A DNA stretch of 64,000 nucleotides from an uncultured Acidobacteriaceae bacterium (GCA_964591805.1 CAZQDD010000008.1:27667-91666), one strand, 5' to 3'; positions 1 to 9,198 are shown, numbered from the stretch's first letter. A program made the numbers and translations. Notes: generated by a model not told the origin, from the letters alone.

Positions 1-1
1 C

Positions 2-1159
2 TTCTCGCTGCTGCCCGAAGGTGACGGCCGCTTTGCCTTTGACGGCCGCGGGGATTTTCTCGAAGAGTTTGGCTCCGAGTTCACCGGCCTCCTGAACGTA
101 ATCCGCCAGCTTCACTCCGAACTCCAGGCCATCCCCAACAAGCCCGATGAAGTCCACAACCTCATCCGCCGCAGCGACGAACTCCACGCCCAGCTCAGCT
201 TCCTCATGGAGAGCCACGAACGCAACACCGTCTATTGGATCGAGCGCCGCGGAGGCCAAAGCGCCAGCGGCCGGCAGCGTAGCGATACCCCGAGCGCCAG
301 CGGCCGGCAGCGTAGCGTTACCCGTAGCCGCCCCGCCAGGAATGAAAACGTCTTCCTCCAGGCCACGCCCATCGACGTCTCGGCCATCCTGCGCCAGTCG
401 CTGTTTGACCGCTTTGACTCCATCGTCCTCACCTCGGCCACCCTCGCCGTGGCCAATGGCTTCAGCTACATCAAGACGCGCCTCGGCCTCGACGGCGCCC
501 GCGAACTCATCGTTCCCTCACACTTCGATTACGAATCGCAGGTCATCTTCTACGTCCCGCCGGACATGCCCGATCCGCGCGATGCGAACTTCTCCGCCCA
601 GGCCACCGTGCGCATCCGCCAGCTACTGGAAATCACCCGTGGCCGCGCCTTCTGCCTCTTCACCAGCCTCGCCCAGATGCAGCAGGTCTACGACGCGCTT
701 CTCGGCCAACTTTCCTACCCCATGCTCTTGCAGGGCTCCGCACCCAAAACCGCGCTCATCGAGCAGTTCCGCGCCACCCCTAATGCCGTCCTGTTCGCCA
801 CCTCGTCTTTCTGGCAGGGAGTCGATGTCCAGGGCGAGCAGCTAAGCGCGGTCATCATCGACAAAATTCCCTTCGCCGTTCCCAGTGACCCAATCGTCCA
901 GGCCCGTGGCCGCGCCATCGACGAAGACGGCGGCAACTCTTTCTTCGATTACTCGGTCCCCGCCGCCGTCATCACCCTCAAGCAAGGCTTCGGACGCCTC
1001 ATCCGCTCCCTCAACGACCGTGGCCTGCTCGCGCTCATGGACAATCGCATCCTCAAGAAACAATATGGCCGGGTCTTTGTCGAAAGTCTCCCCGCCTACA
1101 CCCGCACCACGGATATCCGCAAAGTCGAAGAGTTCTTCGGCTGCTCCCACGACGAATAA
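2..1159 (+). CDS. dinG: ATP-dependent DNA helicase, DinG/XPD family, C-terminal part (5' end lies outside the window)
   Basis: Frame 2 is open from the first base to TAA at 1157-1159. The translation contains VLTSATLAV, LFATSSFWQGVDVQGEQLSAVIIDKIPFAVPSDP and LKQGFGRLIRS, which are typical of the helicase C-terminal domain of DinG-like helicases. The overlapping ORFs 147..845 and 885..1187 are Ser/Pro/Ala-rich artefacts. Confidence 0.75.
   Translation, partial: FSLLPEGDGRFAFDGRGDFLEEFGSEFTGLLNVIRQLHSELQAIPNKPDEVHNLIRRSDELHAQLSFLMESHERNTVYWIERRGGQSASGRQRSDTPSASGRQRSVTRSRPARNENVFLQATPIDVSAILRQSLFDRFDSIVLTSATLAVANGFSYIKTRLGLDGARELIVPSHFDYESQVIFYVPPDMPDPRDANFSAQATVRIRQLLEITRGRAFCLFTSLAQMQQVYDALLGQLSYPMLLQGSAPKTALIEQFRATPNAVLFATSSFWQGVDVQGEQLSAVIIDKIPFAVPSDPIVQARGRAIDEDGGNSFFDYSVPAAVITLKQGFGRLIRSLNDRGLLALMDNRILKKQYGRVFVESLPAYTRTTDIRKVEEFFGCSHDE
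260..325 (+). repeat. 33-bp in-frame tandem duplication inside dinG
   Basis: agcgccagcggccggcagcgtagcgataccccg (260-292) is followed directly by agcgccagcggccggcagcgtagcgttacccgt (293-325). The copies are 30/33 identical and encode SASGRQRSDTP / SASGRQRSVTR. Confidence 0.95.
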
Positions 1160-1411
1160 ATGTGCGAATGAATGGACCGAAGTGTGATTCAAAAACGCGG
1201 GGAAAACGCGAAGTCTGTGCGAAGCAAGAGGTCCAAGTGAAGGAAAAATCCTGGCGAAGTGAACTTCCGAGGGTGCCTCATCTTCGGCGCGCTCTATGCG
1301 CGGCTAAGGTGGGGTAGCTGACTTTGCTTCTGTTGTTGCATTTGTCCTTGTTGCTAAGGCTACTCTTGCTAGCCCCAGAGCCGCCGCGCCCTTTTTGCTC
1401 TTGCTTTGAAC

Positions 1412-1437
1412 CCTTGAAACTTTGAAACCTTGAAACC
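1412..1437. repeat. Short tandem TTGAAAC repeats (ccttgaaac-tttgaaac-cttgaaacc)
   Basis: Read directly in the intergenic region between the convergent genes dinG and 1445..2008. The 18-mer ccttgaaactttgaaacc (1412-1429) recurs exactly at 2569-2586. Confidence 0.9.
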
Positions 1438-1444
1438 TTTTCCT

Positions 1445-2008
1445 CTACAGATCGTCCGTCTCCTGCAACTCCGACTGCACCCATTCCCAGTGCGCCAGCA
1501 CCTCGCGTTCCTCCACGTCCATTTCTTCGTGGAAGTGGTGCGAATGCGGCACCGGCACGCGAATCATCTCCACTTCGGCAAAGTTTTTTTCCTTCAGCCG
1601 CGCCACAATTTGCGCAATCGGCCCATAGGCGTAGATCACCTCGTGGCGATCCAGCACCAGTTGTCCCGCCGGAGGCGCGGCCAGCCACAGGTTATGCCGT
1701 CCATCGCAGGCAAAATAATTCTCAAAGCGGTCCAGCAGCGCCAGAACCTCGACGCGGGTGTGCGGCGTGGCCGACTGATAGCGCCCCGCGGCCGCATCCG
1801 TGCGTGGCGTCACCAGCACGTAGAGCACCCAGAGCGGCTCCGGCAGCAGGGCCAGCAGCTCGCGCAGCAGCCCACCCGGGGGCGCACCCGCGGCAATCAC
1901 CAGCCGTTCCACTCCGCCCATTACCTGGCGCGCATAGCTCGCCGGGTAGCTCCATGCCACGTCTTGGCCGGCGCGAACCGTTCCCAGCTTCCATTTTTGC
2001 GGTGTCAT
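1445..2008 (-). CDS. Hypothetical protein (about 187 aa)
   Basis: I trimmed track ORF 1445..2425 to the ATG at 2008 (MTPQKWKLGTV...). The upstream extension is Gly/Ala/Val-rich, lies antisense to the GNAT gene and is implausible. No recognisable motif. Confidence 0.55.
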   Translation of the reverse strand: MTPQKWKLGTVRAGQDVAWSYPASYARQVMGGVERLVIAAGAPPGGLLRELLALLPEPLWVLYVLVTPRTDAAAGRYQSATPHTRVEVLALLDRFENYFACDGRHNLWLAAPPAGQLVLDRHEVIYAYGPIAQIVARLKEKNFAEVEMIRVPVPHSHHFHEEMDVEEREVLAHWEWVQSELQETDDL

Positions 2009-2044
2009 CGGAGTTATTCTAATTGAAGCCAGAGTCGCGAACCC

Positions 2045-2509
2045 GTGAAACCTGCGCCTTCCATCTCCGTCCAGCGCGCCACCGCCCAGCAGGCCGATGC
2101 CGCCTTCGCCCTCATCGAGGAGTATTACGAAGCCGTCGGCGTCGTTCTGCGCGACGACCGTACCGCCCTTGAGCACTACCTTGCCAGCCCCACCTCGCCC
2201 ATCTGGATCGCCTGCGCCGATACCGCCCCGGCCGGATGCGTCATGCTCCGCCCGCTGCCGGCAATCCCCCAGGCCGCCGAGGTCAAGCGCCTCTACGTCC
2301 GTCCCGCGTTCCGTGGCCTCGGCCTCGCCCACGCCCTCATGCAGGCCGCCGAGCAGCACGCCCGCGACGGCGGCCTCCACTGGCTTTACCTTGACACCAA
2401 GGACGACCTCCACGCCGCCATCCATTTCTATCTCGGCTCCGGATACCAGCCCTGTCGCCGCTACAATGACAATCCCCAGGCCACCCTTTTCCTCCGCAAG
2501 CGCCTCTAA
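2045..2509 (+). CDS. GNAT family N-acetyltransferase
   Basis: 154 aa with a GTG start. The acetyl-CoA binding motif region RLYVRPAFRGLGLAHALMQAAEQHA and the overall size are typical of GNAT enzymes. Confidence 0.8.
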   Translation: MKPAPSISVQRATAQQADAAFALIEEYYEAVGVVLRDDRTALEHYLASPTSPIWIACADTAPAGCVMLRPLPAIPQAAEVKRLYVRPAFRGLGLAHALMQAAEQHARDGGLHWLYLDTKDDLHAAIHFYLGSGYQPCRRYNDNPQATLFLRKRL

Positions 2510-2578
2510 TCCGCCGCTCGCACATTTCAGCCTCCGGCCTCATTGTTTGCCGCTGCCTTTGCCTTCCACCTTGAAACT

Positions 2579-2608
2579 TTGAAACCGCCATCGCACCCCC
2601 CGTATAAT
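2579..2608 (+). promoter_or_regulatory. Candidate sigma-70 promoter for queD-queE-queC (TTGAAA-N18-TATAAT)
   Basis: TTGAAA at 2579-2584, an 18-nt spacer, then TATAAT at 2603-2608. It lies about 110 nt upstream of the queD ATG. This is a sequence match only. Confidence 0.45.
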
Positions 2609-2717
2609 AGGAGACTGCACCACCTCCTTGAGACCTGTGCTGTGTCCCTTTCAATTTCCGAGGGCGCCCCGGCGCAACGTCAAGGCAAACGATGCCCCGC
2701 ATCCCGTCTGGAGATTC

Positions 2718-3095
2718 ATGTTTGAAGTAACCGTGCAAGACACTTTTTCCTCCGGTCACTACCTGCGCAACTACAAGGGAAAGTGCGAAAATCCGCATGG
2801 CCACAACTATCGTGTCCGCGTCACCCTGCAGGCCGCCGAGCTCGACCACGCCGGACTTCTGCTCGATTTCAAGGATTTGAAGCAGGTCATGAAGCCCGTC
2901 GTCGATTACCTCGATCACAGAATGATCAATGACCTCGAGCCTTTCACCGTCCTCAACCCGACCGCGGAAAATCTCGCCAAGTATTTCTTCGACGAGTGCA
3001 GCCGCGGCCTCAAGCAGGTCACCGCGGGCCGGGTCCGCGTCCAGCAGGTCACCATCTGGGAGACCGATACCTCCACCGCAACCTATTACGAATAG
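2718..3095 (+). CDS. queD: 6-carboxy-5,6,7,8-tetrahydropterin synthase
   Basis: MFEVTVQDTFSSGHYL...CENPHGHNYRVRV...LDHRMIND has the His-rich zinc/catalytic motifs and size (125 aa) of QueD. I trimmed the track ORF (2628) to the ATG at 2718. Confidence 0.85.
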   Translation: MFEVTVQDTFSSGHYLRNYKGKCENPHGHNYRVRVTLQAAELDHAGLLLDFKDLKQVMKPVVDYLDHRMINDLEPFTVLNPTAENLAKYFFDECSRGLKQVTAGRVRVQQVTIWETDTSTATYYE

Positions 3096-3100
3096 CTGCC

Positions 3101-3784
3101 ATGCATATCGTCGAAATCTACAAATCGCTGCAAGGAGAAAGTTCTTTTGCCGGACTCCCATGCGTCTTCGTGCGCCTGGCCGGATGTAACCTGCGCTGCG
3201 CCTGGTGCGACTCCGAGTACACCTTCAGCGGCGGCCATAAAATGTCCGAGGTGGAAATCCTCGCCGAGGTGCAGCGCCTGTCGCCCAGCGGCGGCCTGGT
3301 TGAAATCACCGGCGGCGAGCCCATGCTGCAGGATCGCGAACTGATCCCGCTGCTGCGCCAGCTTCTTGCCCTGGGTTACCAGTTGCTGCTCGAGACCAGC
3401 GGCGAGCGTCCCCTCGAACTTGTCCCGCGCGAGGTCCACAAGATCGTCGATGTCAAGTGTCCCGGCAGCGGCGAGCATCTGCGCTTCCGCCCGGAAAACC
3501 TCGCCACCCTCACCGCGCGCGATGAATTGAAGTTTGTCCTCGCCTCGCGCCAGGATTACGATTATGCGCGCGAGTTCATCCGCGGGCACCGGCTGGAGTC
3601 CAGCCCCGCCGGACTCATCCTCTCGCCTGCCTTTCGCAAAGGCGCAACCGGCTCGCGCTCCACGGAAAATTGCCTGCTCGACCCGCGCGACCTTGCCGGG
3701 TGGATGCTGGCCGACAATCTCCAGGTCCGCCTCGGCCTCCAGATCCACAAATTCATCTGGGAGCCGCAACTGAAAGGCGTCTAA
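3101..3784 (+). CDS. queE: 7-carboxy-7-deazaguanine synthase (radical SAM)
   Basis: MHIVEIYKSLQGESSFAGLPCVFVRLAGCNLRCAWCDSEYTF is the QueE N-terminus with a CxxxCxxC-type radical SAM cluster motif. I trimmed the track ORF (2996) to the ATG at 3101, 6 nt after the queD stop. Confidence 0.85.
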   Translation: MHIVEIYKSLQGESSFAGLPCVFVRLAGCNLRCAWCDSEYTFSGGHKMSEVEILAEVQRLSPSGGLVEITGGEPMLQDRELIPLLRQLLALGYQLLLETSGERPLELVPREVHKIVDVKCPGSGEHLRFRPENLATLTARDELKFVLASRQDYDYAREFIRGHRLESSPAGLILSPAFRKGATGSRSTENCLLDPRDLAGWMLADNLQVRLGLQIHKFIWEPQLKGV

Positions 3785-3890
3785 AGTTCGCAGCCCCCAG
3801 GTGGCCCACATCCGCCCGCGGTTGGCGAATGTGGGGAAGAGAATGTGGGAAAGATTCCGCGACCCGACGCCACACTAGAAAGAGAACCTT

Positions 3891-4586
3891 ATGCCCGACT
3901 CCATCCAATCCGTCGTCACTCTCTCCGGAGGCATGGACTCCACCGTCTGCGCCACCCTGGCCGTCCGTGACCATGGCGCGGCGCACGTCGCCGCCCTGCA
4001 CGTCTCCTACGGCCAGCGCACTGAAGCTCGCGAGCAGCGCGCCTTCACCGAAGTTTGCGACCGCCTCGGCATCACCCGCCGTCTCCTGGTGCGCAACCAG
4101 GCGCTCAGCCAGATTGGCGGCTCGGCCCTCACCGACTCCACCCTCGCCGTTCCCATCGCCGGGCCGGAGATCGGCTCCCAGGTTCCCATCACCTATGTGC
4201 CTTTCCGCAACGCCCATTTCCTAGCCGTTGCCGTCAGTTGGGCCGAGGTTCTAGGCGCCACCACCATTTACGCCGGCGCCGTCGCCCAGGACAGTTCCGG
4301 CTATCCCGACTGCCGTCCCGAGTATTACCAGGCCTTCAACCGCCTCATCCAGGCCGGGACCAAGGAGGGCAATATCCAGGTCCTGACCCCTCTGATTGCG
4401 CTCCGGAAAGTGGAGATCGTCAAGCTAGGTCTGGAATTGCAGGCTCCCTTCGAGCTAACATGGTCCTGCTACAGCCGGGAAGATTGTGCCTGCGGCGTTT
4501 GCGAGAGCTGCGCCCTGCGTCTGCGCGCCTTTAGAGCCGCCGGTACCTCCGATCCCATTCCTTATCTGGCGTCGCCCGCCGTCTAG
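3891..4586 (+). CDS. queC: 7-cyano-7-deazaguanine (preQ0) synthase
   Basis: LSGGMDSTVCA is a PP-loop ATP pyrophosphatase motif. The C-terminal Cys cluster CYSREDCACGVCESCALR is the QueC zinc site. Confidence 0.85.
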   Translation: MPDSIQSVVTLSGGMDSTVCATLAVRDHGAAHVAALHVSYGQRTEAREQRAFTEVCDRLGITRRLLVRNQALSQIGGSALTDSTLAVPIAGPEIGSQVPITYVPFRNAHFLAVAVSWAEVLGATTIYAGAVAQDSSGYPDCRPEYYQAFNRLIQAGTKEGNIQVLTPLIALRKVEIVKLGLELQAPFELTWSCYSREDCACGVCESCALRLRAFRAAGTSDPIPYLASPAV

Positions 4587-4645
4587 CCGGGGACGCCTTT
4601 GAGGCGCGCGTGGCAACCAGATCCTGTTCTCCGCTGGAGGCGGAA

Positions 4646-5719
4646 ATGATAAAGCGCACTGCACTCTTTTTCCTGCTCGCCATGATGATCGCCCTGTCCA
4701 CCGTCTGCGCCGTCGCGCAGAACTTCACCGCCATCAAAGGGAACTGCAAGGACGAAGCTGGCAAGCCCATCGCCGGCGTCAACGTCGAGCTTACCAATAA
4801 GGACACCGGCCGTTTGTACACCGCCAAGACCGACAGTAAGGGCGATTATTTCTACCTTGGCGCCACCAGGGGAATCTATAAGATCAGCCTCTTCGGCTCC
4901 GACGGAAAGGTGCTCTTCTCCCTCGACGGCGTGCCCGTCAACCTGGCCGTCGATAACGTCTACGACTTCGACCTGGCCAAGCAGAAGCGCGAAGCCGCCA
5001 AGGAAGTCGGCCTCACCGAGGAGCAGGTGAAGGCCAACGAGGCGGCAAAGAAGGAAAACGAGAAGATCAAGGGTATCAACGCGATGCTGGCCCTGGCCGT
5101 CGAGCAGAAGAGGGACAAGAAATACGACGAAGCGGTGACCACCATGGAGCAGGCCGCCGCGCTTGACCAGAAGCACGACGTCGTCTACGCCTCACTCGCC
5201 GACGCCTATCTGCTCGACAAGAAATACCCCGAGGCCGAATCCGCCTACACCAAGGCCATCGCACTCGCCCCGCCCACCTCAAAAGCCCTTGGCAGCTACC
5301 ACTCAAGTCTCGCCCTGGCCCTGCTGCGCCAGGATAAGACCCAGGCTGGCATGGCCGAGTGTGACAAGACCGCCCAACTTGATCCCTCCCAGGCCGGGCA
5401 GTGCTACTTCAACGAGGGCGCGATCCTTACCAATCAGGGCAAGCCCGACGAGGCCAACCAGGCATTCGACAAGGCCATCGCCGCCGATCCTGCCCGCGCC
5501 GAGGCTTACTACCAGAAGGGCGTCAACCTTCTCGGCAAGGCAACCCTCGGCAAGGATGGCAAGATGATCCCCGTTCCCGGCACGGTTGAGGCGCTCAACA
5601 AATACCTGGAGATCGCCCCCGACGGCAGGAATGCCCAGGCGGCCAAGGACCTGCTCGCCACCCTGGGAGCCGCCGTCCAGACCAGCTTCGGCAACCAGAA
5701 AAAATCCGGCAAAAAATAG
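4646..5719 (+). CDS. Secreted TPR-repeat protein with an N-terminal carboxypeptidase-regulatory-like (CarboxypepD_reg) domain
   Basis: Signal peptide MIKRTALFFLLAMMIALSTVCAVAQ. The segment GKPIAGVNVELTNKDTGRLYTAKTDSKGDYFY is typical of CarboxypepD_reg. The C-terminal half has TPR-like Ala/Tyr/Asp periodicity. Confidence 0.65.
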   Translation: MIKRTALFFLLAMMIALSTVCAVAQNFTAIKGNCKDEAGKPIAGVNVELTNKDTGRLYTAKTDSKGDYFYLGATRGIYKISLFGSDGKVLFSLDGVPVNLAVDNVYDFDLAKQKREAAKEVGLTEEQVKANEAAKKENEKIKGINAMLALAVEQKRDKKYDEAVTTMEQAAALDQKHDVVYASLADAYLLDKKYPEAESAYTKAIALAPPTSKALGSYHSSLALALLRQDKTQAGMAECDKTAQLDPSQAGQCYFNEGAILTNQGKPDEANQAFDKAIAADPARAEAYYQKGVNLLGKATLGKDGKMIPVPGTVEALNKYLEIAPDGRNAQAAKDLLATLGAAVQTSFGNQKKSGKK

Positions 5720-5736
5720 TTTGCCCCACACAGTCG

Positions 5737-5768
5737 AAGGGGACGGCTCCGGCCGTCCCCTTCTTTCT
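5737..5768 (+). terminator. Rho-independent terminator after 4646..5719
   Basis: aaggggacggc (5737-5747), loop tccg, then gccgtcccctt (5752-5762), followed by ctttctt. Confidence 0.7.
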
Positions 5769-5833
5769 TGAACTCCGCCTTGTTCGCGACCGCGCGCGTT
5801 TCCCGCGCCTTGTCTCCAACCAGCGTTTCAGCC

Positions 5834-6064
5834 CTATTGCACCATCGCGATCCGGTCCAGCTCCCGCTGCATCACCTCCAGCGAGCAGCCCGAGCCTTCC
5901 ACCGTGTACGCCGCCGCCCGCGCCGCCTCCAGCGAGACTCCATAGCCGCGGCCCGAGAGAAATGACTGCATCAACTCCGCCGCGTCGCGGGCATCCATTC
6001 CGCTCTGCAGCAGTTCACTGCGCAGCTCTGCAATCTCCAATACGGAAAACTTGTCAATTTGCAT
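5834..6064 (-). CDS. Small hypothetical protein (76 aa)
   Basis: I trimmed ORF 5834..6130 to the ATG at 6064 (MQIDKFSVLEIAEL...). No recognisable motif; coding status is uncertain. Confidence 0.4.
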   Translation of the reverse strand: MQIDKFSVLEIAELRSELLQSGMDARDAAELMQSFLSGRGYGVSLEAARAAAYTVEGSGCSLEVMQRELDRIAMVQ

Positions 6065-6302
6065 CGGGCCACCTCCACACATCTCTAGTAACCCGTTAGA
6101 CTCCGGAAGGTCGCGTTTCGTTACAGACATTGCCTGCCACCCCCCAGTTTGGCTCGCATCGCGACGCCGGGAATTTGAATCCAGGCCGGGACGCCGTCCT
6201 CGCGCCTTTGCCCTCGATTCATCCCCATTTTCGCAATCCGGGGCATAACTGTCTCATCGGACGAACTTCACAAAAGTTGAGAGCACCACGGTTAACTTTT
6301 TC

Positions 6303-6470
6303 TTACTCAGCCTCTTGCGCCAGCAGTACGGGGATCTCATCCTGCACTCTGAAGCGCTTGCCGCACTTGGTGCAACGCAATTTCGTAAAGTCGGCGTTAA
6401 AGCGCAGACCTCCATGGCAGATAGGGCACACCACGATCTTGACCAACTTGGCGGGAATCATCCCTGCCAT
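6303..6470 (-). CDS. Trm112/UPF0434-family small zinc-ribbon protein
   Basis: LVKIVVCPICHGGLRF...LRCTKCGKRFRVQDEIPVLL shows the two CxxC pairs and the D-IP-L ending characteristic of Trm112-like proteins. The start could instead be 6491 or 6461. Confidence 0.7.
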   Translation of the reverse strand: MAGMIPAKLVKIVVCPICHGGLRFNADFTKLRCTKCGKRFRVQDEIPVLLAQEAE

Positions 6471-6551
6471 TCTATCCTTCTCCACTCGCATCCCCGCGCC
6501 AATCCAGCTACACTAAGAGGTAATCCACTCAACAGGAGCCGGGAGACACGA

Positions 6552-7502
6552 ATGCCCGCAATCTTGCTCGACGGAAACCGGTTTGCCTCCGAGATCAAGG
6601 CCGAGATCGCCGAGGAGGTTCAGCAACTTGCTGCCTCGGGACTTCGTCCCGGTCTGGCCGCGGTCCTGGTCGGGAGCCACCCCGCCTCGCAGACCTATGT
6701 CCGCAGCAAGGTCCTCACCTGCGAGCGGATGGGCATTTTCAGTGAGCTGATTACCCCGCCGGAAACCTCGACCACCGCCGAGTTGGTTGCCATCGTCGAG
6801 CAGCTCAACGCCCGCGATGAGATCGATGGCATTCTCGTCCAGCTTCCGCTGCCCGCCCACGTCGATACCAAGCGCGTCCTGCTCGCCGTCTCTCCGGAGA
6901 AGGACGTCGATGGCTTTCATCCCGTCAACGTCGGCAATCTCAGCACCCAGCGTCCCAGCCTCGTTCCCTGCACGCCGTCCGGATGCATGGAGATCCTCCG
7001 CCGCGCCAATATCGCCATCGAAGGCCAGGAGGCGGTCATCGTCGGACGCAGTGACATCGTTGGCAAACCGCTGGCCATGCTTCTCATCAATGCTAACGCC
7101 ACGGTCACCATCTGCCACTCGCGCACCCGCGATCTGCCCTCGGTTTGCCGCCGCGGAGACATCCTGGTGGCCGCCATTGGCCGTCCCGGCTTCATCACCA
7201 CCGAGTTCGTCAAACCCGGCGCGACCATCCTCGATGTTGGCATCAATCACATCACCGACCCGGTCCTGTTCGAGCGCTTCTTCAAGGGCGACGAAAAGCG
7301 TGAAAAGCAGTTCGCCGAAAAAGGCAGCACCATCATCGGCGATTGCGATCCCAGGGTAACCCGCATGGCCGGAGCCTGCACCCCGGTGCCCGGAGGCGTC
7401 GGCAAGCTCACCATCGCCATGCTGATGAGCAACACGGTCAAGGCCGCCAAACTCCGCCGCGGCATCAAGCAGCCTCAGCCCGAGCCCGCCGCCCAAGGCT
7501 GA
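6552..7502 (+). CDS. folD: Bifunctional methylenetetrahydrofolate dehydrogenase / methenyltetrahydrofolate cyclohydrolase
   Basis: MPAILLDGNRFASEIKAEI..., PGLAAVLVGSHPASQTYVRSK, GILVQLPLP, VVGRSDIVGKP and TPVPGGVGKLT are FolD signature segments. I trimmed the track ORF (6315) to the ATG at 6552. Confidence 0.9.
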   Translation: MPAILLDGNRFASEIKAEIAEEVQQLAASGLRPGLAAVLVGSHPASQTYVRSKVLTCERMGIFSELITPPETSTTAELVAIVEQLNARDEIDGILVQLPLPAHVDTKRVLLAVSPEKDVDGFHPVNVGNLSTQRPSLVPCTPSGCMEILRRANIAIEGQEAVIVGRSDIVGKPLAMLLINANATVTICHSRTRDLPSVCRRGDILVAAIGRPGFITTEFVKPGATILDVGINHITDPVLFERFFKGDEKREKQFAEKGSTIIGDCDPRVTRMAGACTPVPGGVGKLTIAMLMSNTVKAAKLRRGIKQPQPEPAAQG

Positions 7503-7538
7503 CCCGTCCATTGCCAACGGCCATCTTCGCCACGCAAC

Positions 7539-7916
7539 CTATTTTGTGAACCACATGTGGACGCCCGTCAGCACCAGGAACACGGCGAAGCCTCTGCGCA
7601 ACGCCGCGTTGGACAACTGCTGCGCCCACCCCCCGCCCACCCATCCGCCCAGCAGCAGACCCAGAAAGATCAGCGCGCCCATCTTCAGGTCCACGTTTCC
7701 CGTGCGGTAGTATTGCCAGAAGGCCAGGGCCCCGGTGGGCGGCAGCAGCACCGCCAGCGACGTTCCCTGCGCCAGTTTCTGGTTGAAGCCTGCGAAGTAA
7801 ACCAGCGACGGCACAATCAACACGCCGCCGCCGATTCCCACCAACCCCGCCAGAATCCCCGCCACGGCTCCGGTTCCCAGTCCCACCATCAGAAATTTTC
7901 CGCTCAACATCTTCAT
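7539..7916 (-). CDS. Small TSUP (TauE/SafE-like) family membrane protein
   Basis: 125 aa from the ATG at 7916. It has four predicted TM segments, and GIGGGVLIVPSLVY and QGTSLAVLLP are typical of the TauE/SafE family. Confidence 0.65.
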   Translation of the reverse strand: MKMLSGKFLMVGLGTGAVAGILAGLVGIGGGVLIVPSLVYFAGFNQKLAQGTSLAVLLPPTGALAFWQYYRTGNVDLKMGALIFLGLLLGGWVGGGWAQQLSNAALRRGFAVFLVLTGVHMWFTK

Positions 7917-8028
7917 GCCATGTTCTCCGCCATCGCAGCCTAGTGTAACCTCACTGGCGCGCCCGCCGCCCAGGAAAGGCTGCCGCGCCTCCCGCGCAAC
8001 TTTCCATCGCCCCGCGCGTCTATAATCT

Positions 8029-9198
8029 ATGCCAGTGAAACAGGCATATACCATGAAAGCTCTACGCCCTTTTGTCCTCGGAATTCTGCTGGCCGCAGCG
8101 TTTTTCTACTACACCACCCATCGCGCCGGCTCCGCCGCTTCCTGGATCACCCGTGATCCCATCCACGTCACCGAGGCCGAGGCCGCTCCCGCGCTTGACG
8201 CCGAGGAGCAGAACAACGTCGATGTCTACAAACGCGTCGTTCCCGCCGTGGTCAACATCACTTCCACCGTCGTCTCCTACGATTTCTTTTTCGGCGCGCA
8301 GGCCCAGCAGGGCGCGGGCTCCGGCTTCATCATTGACAAGGAAGGCCACATCCTCACCAACTTCCACGTCATCGACGGCGCACGCAAGCTGGAAGTCATC
8401 CTCGAAAACAAAAAGCATTACCCGGCCACCGTCATCGGAGCCGACAAGTCGCACGACCTGGCCGTCATCCAGATCAAGGCGCCCAACCTGCAGACCGTAA
8501 CCCTTGGCAACAGTTCCAGCCTCCAGGTCGGCCAGAAGGTGCTCGCCATCGGCAATCCGTTCGGCATCTTCAACGGAACCATGACTCGCGGCATCGTCAG
8601 CTCCATCCGCCAGGTGCAGGAGCCGGACGGCACCTACATCGACGAGGCCATTCAAACCGATGCCGCCATCAATCCCGGCAACTCCGGCGGCCCGCTCCTC
8701 AACTCGCATGGCGAGGTCATCGGCATCAACACCATGATCGCCTCGGCCAGCGGCGGCAGCGCCGGGGTGGGATTCGCCATCCCCATCAACTCCGCCAAAG
8801 CCGTGCTCAACGACCTGGTGCAGTTCGGACGCGTCCGCCGTCCCACCCTCGGCATCCGGCCTTTGCCCGTGCCCATGAACCGCGAATTGGCCGAGCAACT
8901 CGATCTCCCCACCGACAGCGGCGTGCTGGTCATGCAGGTCGTTCCCGGTTCGGCCGCCGCCCGTGCCGGAATCCAGGGCGGCAATCAGCGCGTCTATTAC
9001 GGCAATTACGAAATCGTCATCGGCGGCGATCTCATCGTCGAGATCGACGGCCAGCCGGTCAAGGATACCCAGGACCTTGCCCACCTGATGAACAACCACC
9101 GCTCCGGCGACTCGGTCACCATCGTCTACTACCACGGCAAGAAGCGGCAGAGCGCCCGGGTACAACTCGATGAAGCGAAGAACGGCGCCCGAACCTAG
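8029..9198 (+). CDS. HtrA/DegP-type S1C serine protease with a PDZ domain
   Basis: Catalytic triad contexts are ILTNFHVIDG, HDLAVIQ and GNSGGPL. There is an N-terminal membrane anchor and a C-terminal PDZ-like region (GVLVMQVVPGSAAARAGIQ). The alternative start is at 8053. Confidence 0.85.
   Translation: MPVKQAYTMKALRPFVLGILLAAAFFYYTTHRAGSAASWITRDPIHVTEAEAAPALDAEEQNNVDVYKRVVPAVVNITSTVVSYDFFFGAQAQQGAGSGFIIDKEGHILTNFHVIDGARKLEVILENKKHYPATVIGADKSHDLAVIQIKAPNLQTVTLGNSSSLQVGQKVLAIGNPFGIFNGTMTRGIVSSIRQVQEPDGTYIDEAIQTDAAINPGNSGGPLLNSHGEVIGINTMIASASGGSAGVGFAIPINSAKAVLNDLVQFGRVRRPTLGIRPLPVPMNRELAEQLDLPTDSGVLVMQVVPGSAAARAGIQGGNQRVYYGNYEIVIGGDLIVEIDGQPVKDTQDLAHLMNNHRSGDSVTIVYYHGKKRQSARVQLDEAKNGART

Noticed and set aside
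1445-2509. The GNAT gene and the divergent small gene as a GNAT-toxin/antitoxin pair.
   Set aside because: Known GNAT toxin systems (TacT/AtaT/KacT-like) are co-directional operons with a small RHH/DUF1778 antitoxin. Here the genes are divergent, and the partner is 187 aa with no DNA-binding motif.
2609-2717. Possible preQ1 riboswitch in the roughly 110-nt leader of queD-queE-queC.
   Set aside because: I could not find the conserved preQ1-I/II/III core elements, such as the CCCUC/UAGCUA-type pseudoknot with an A-rich tail. Only a generic AGGAG...CTCCT hairpin is present. An Infernal/Rfam scan would settle it.
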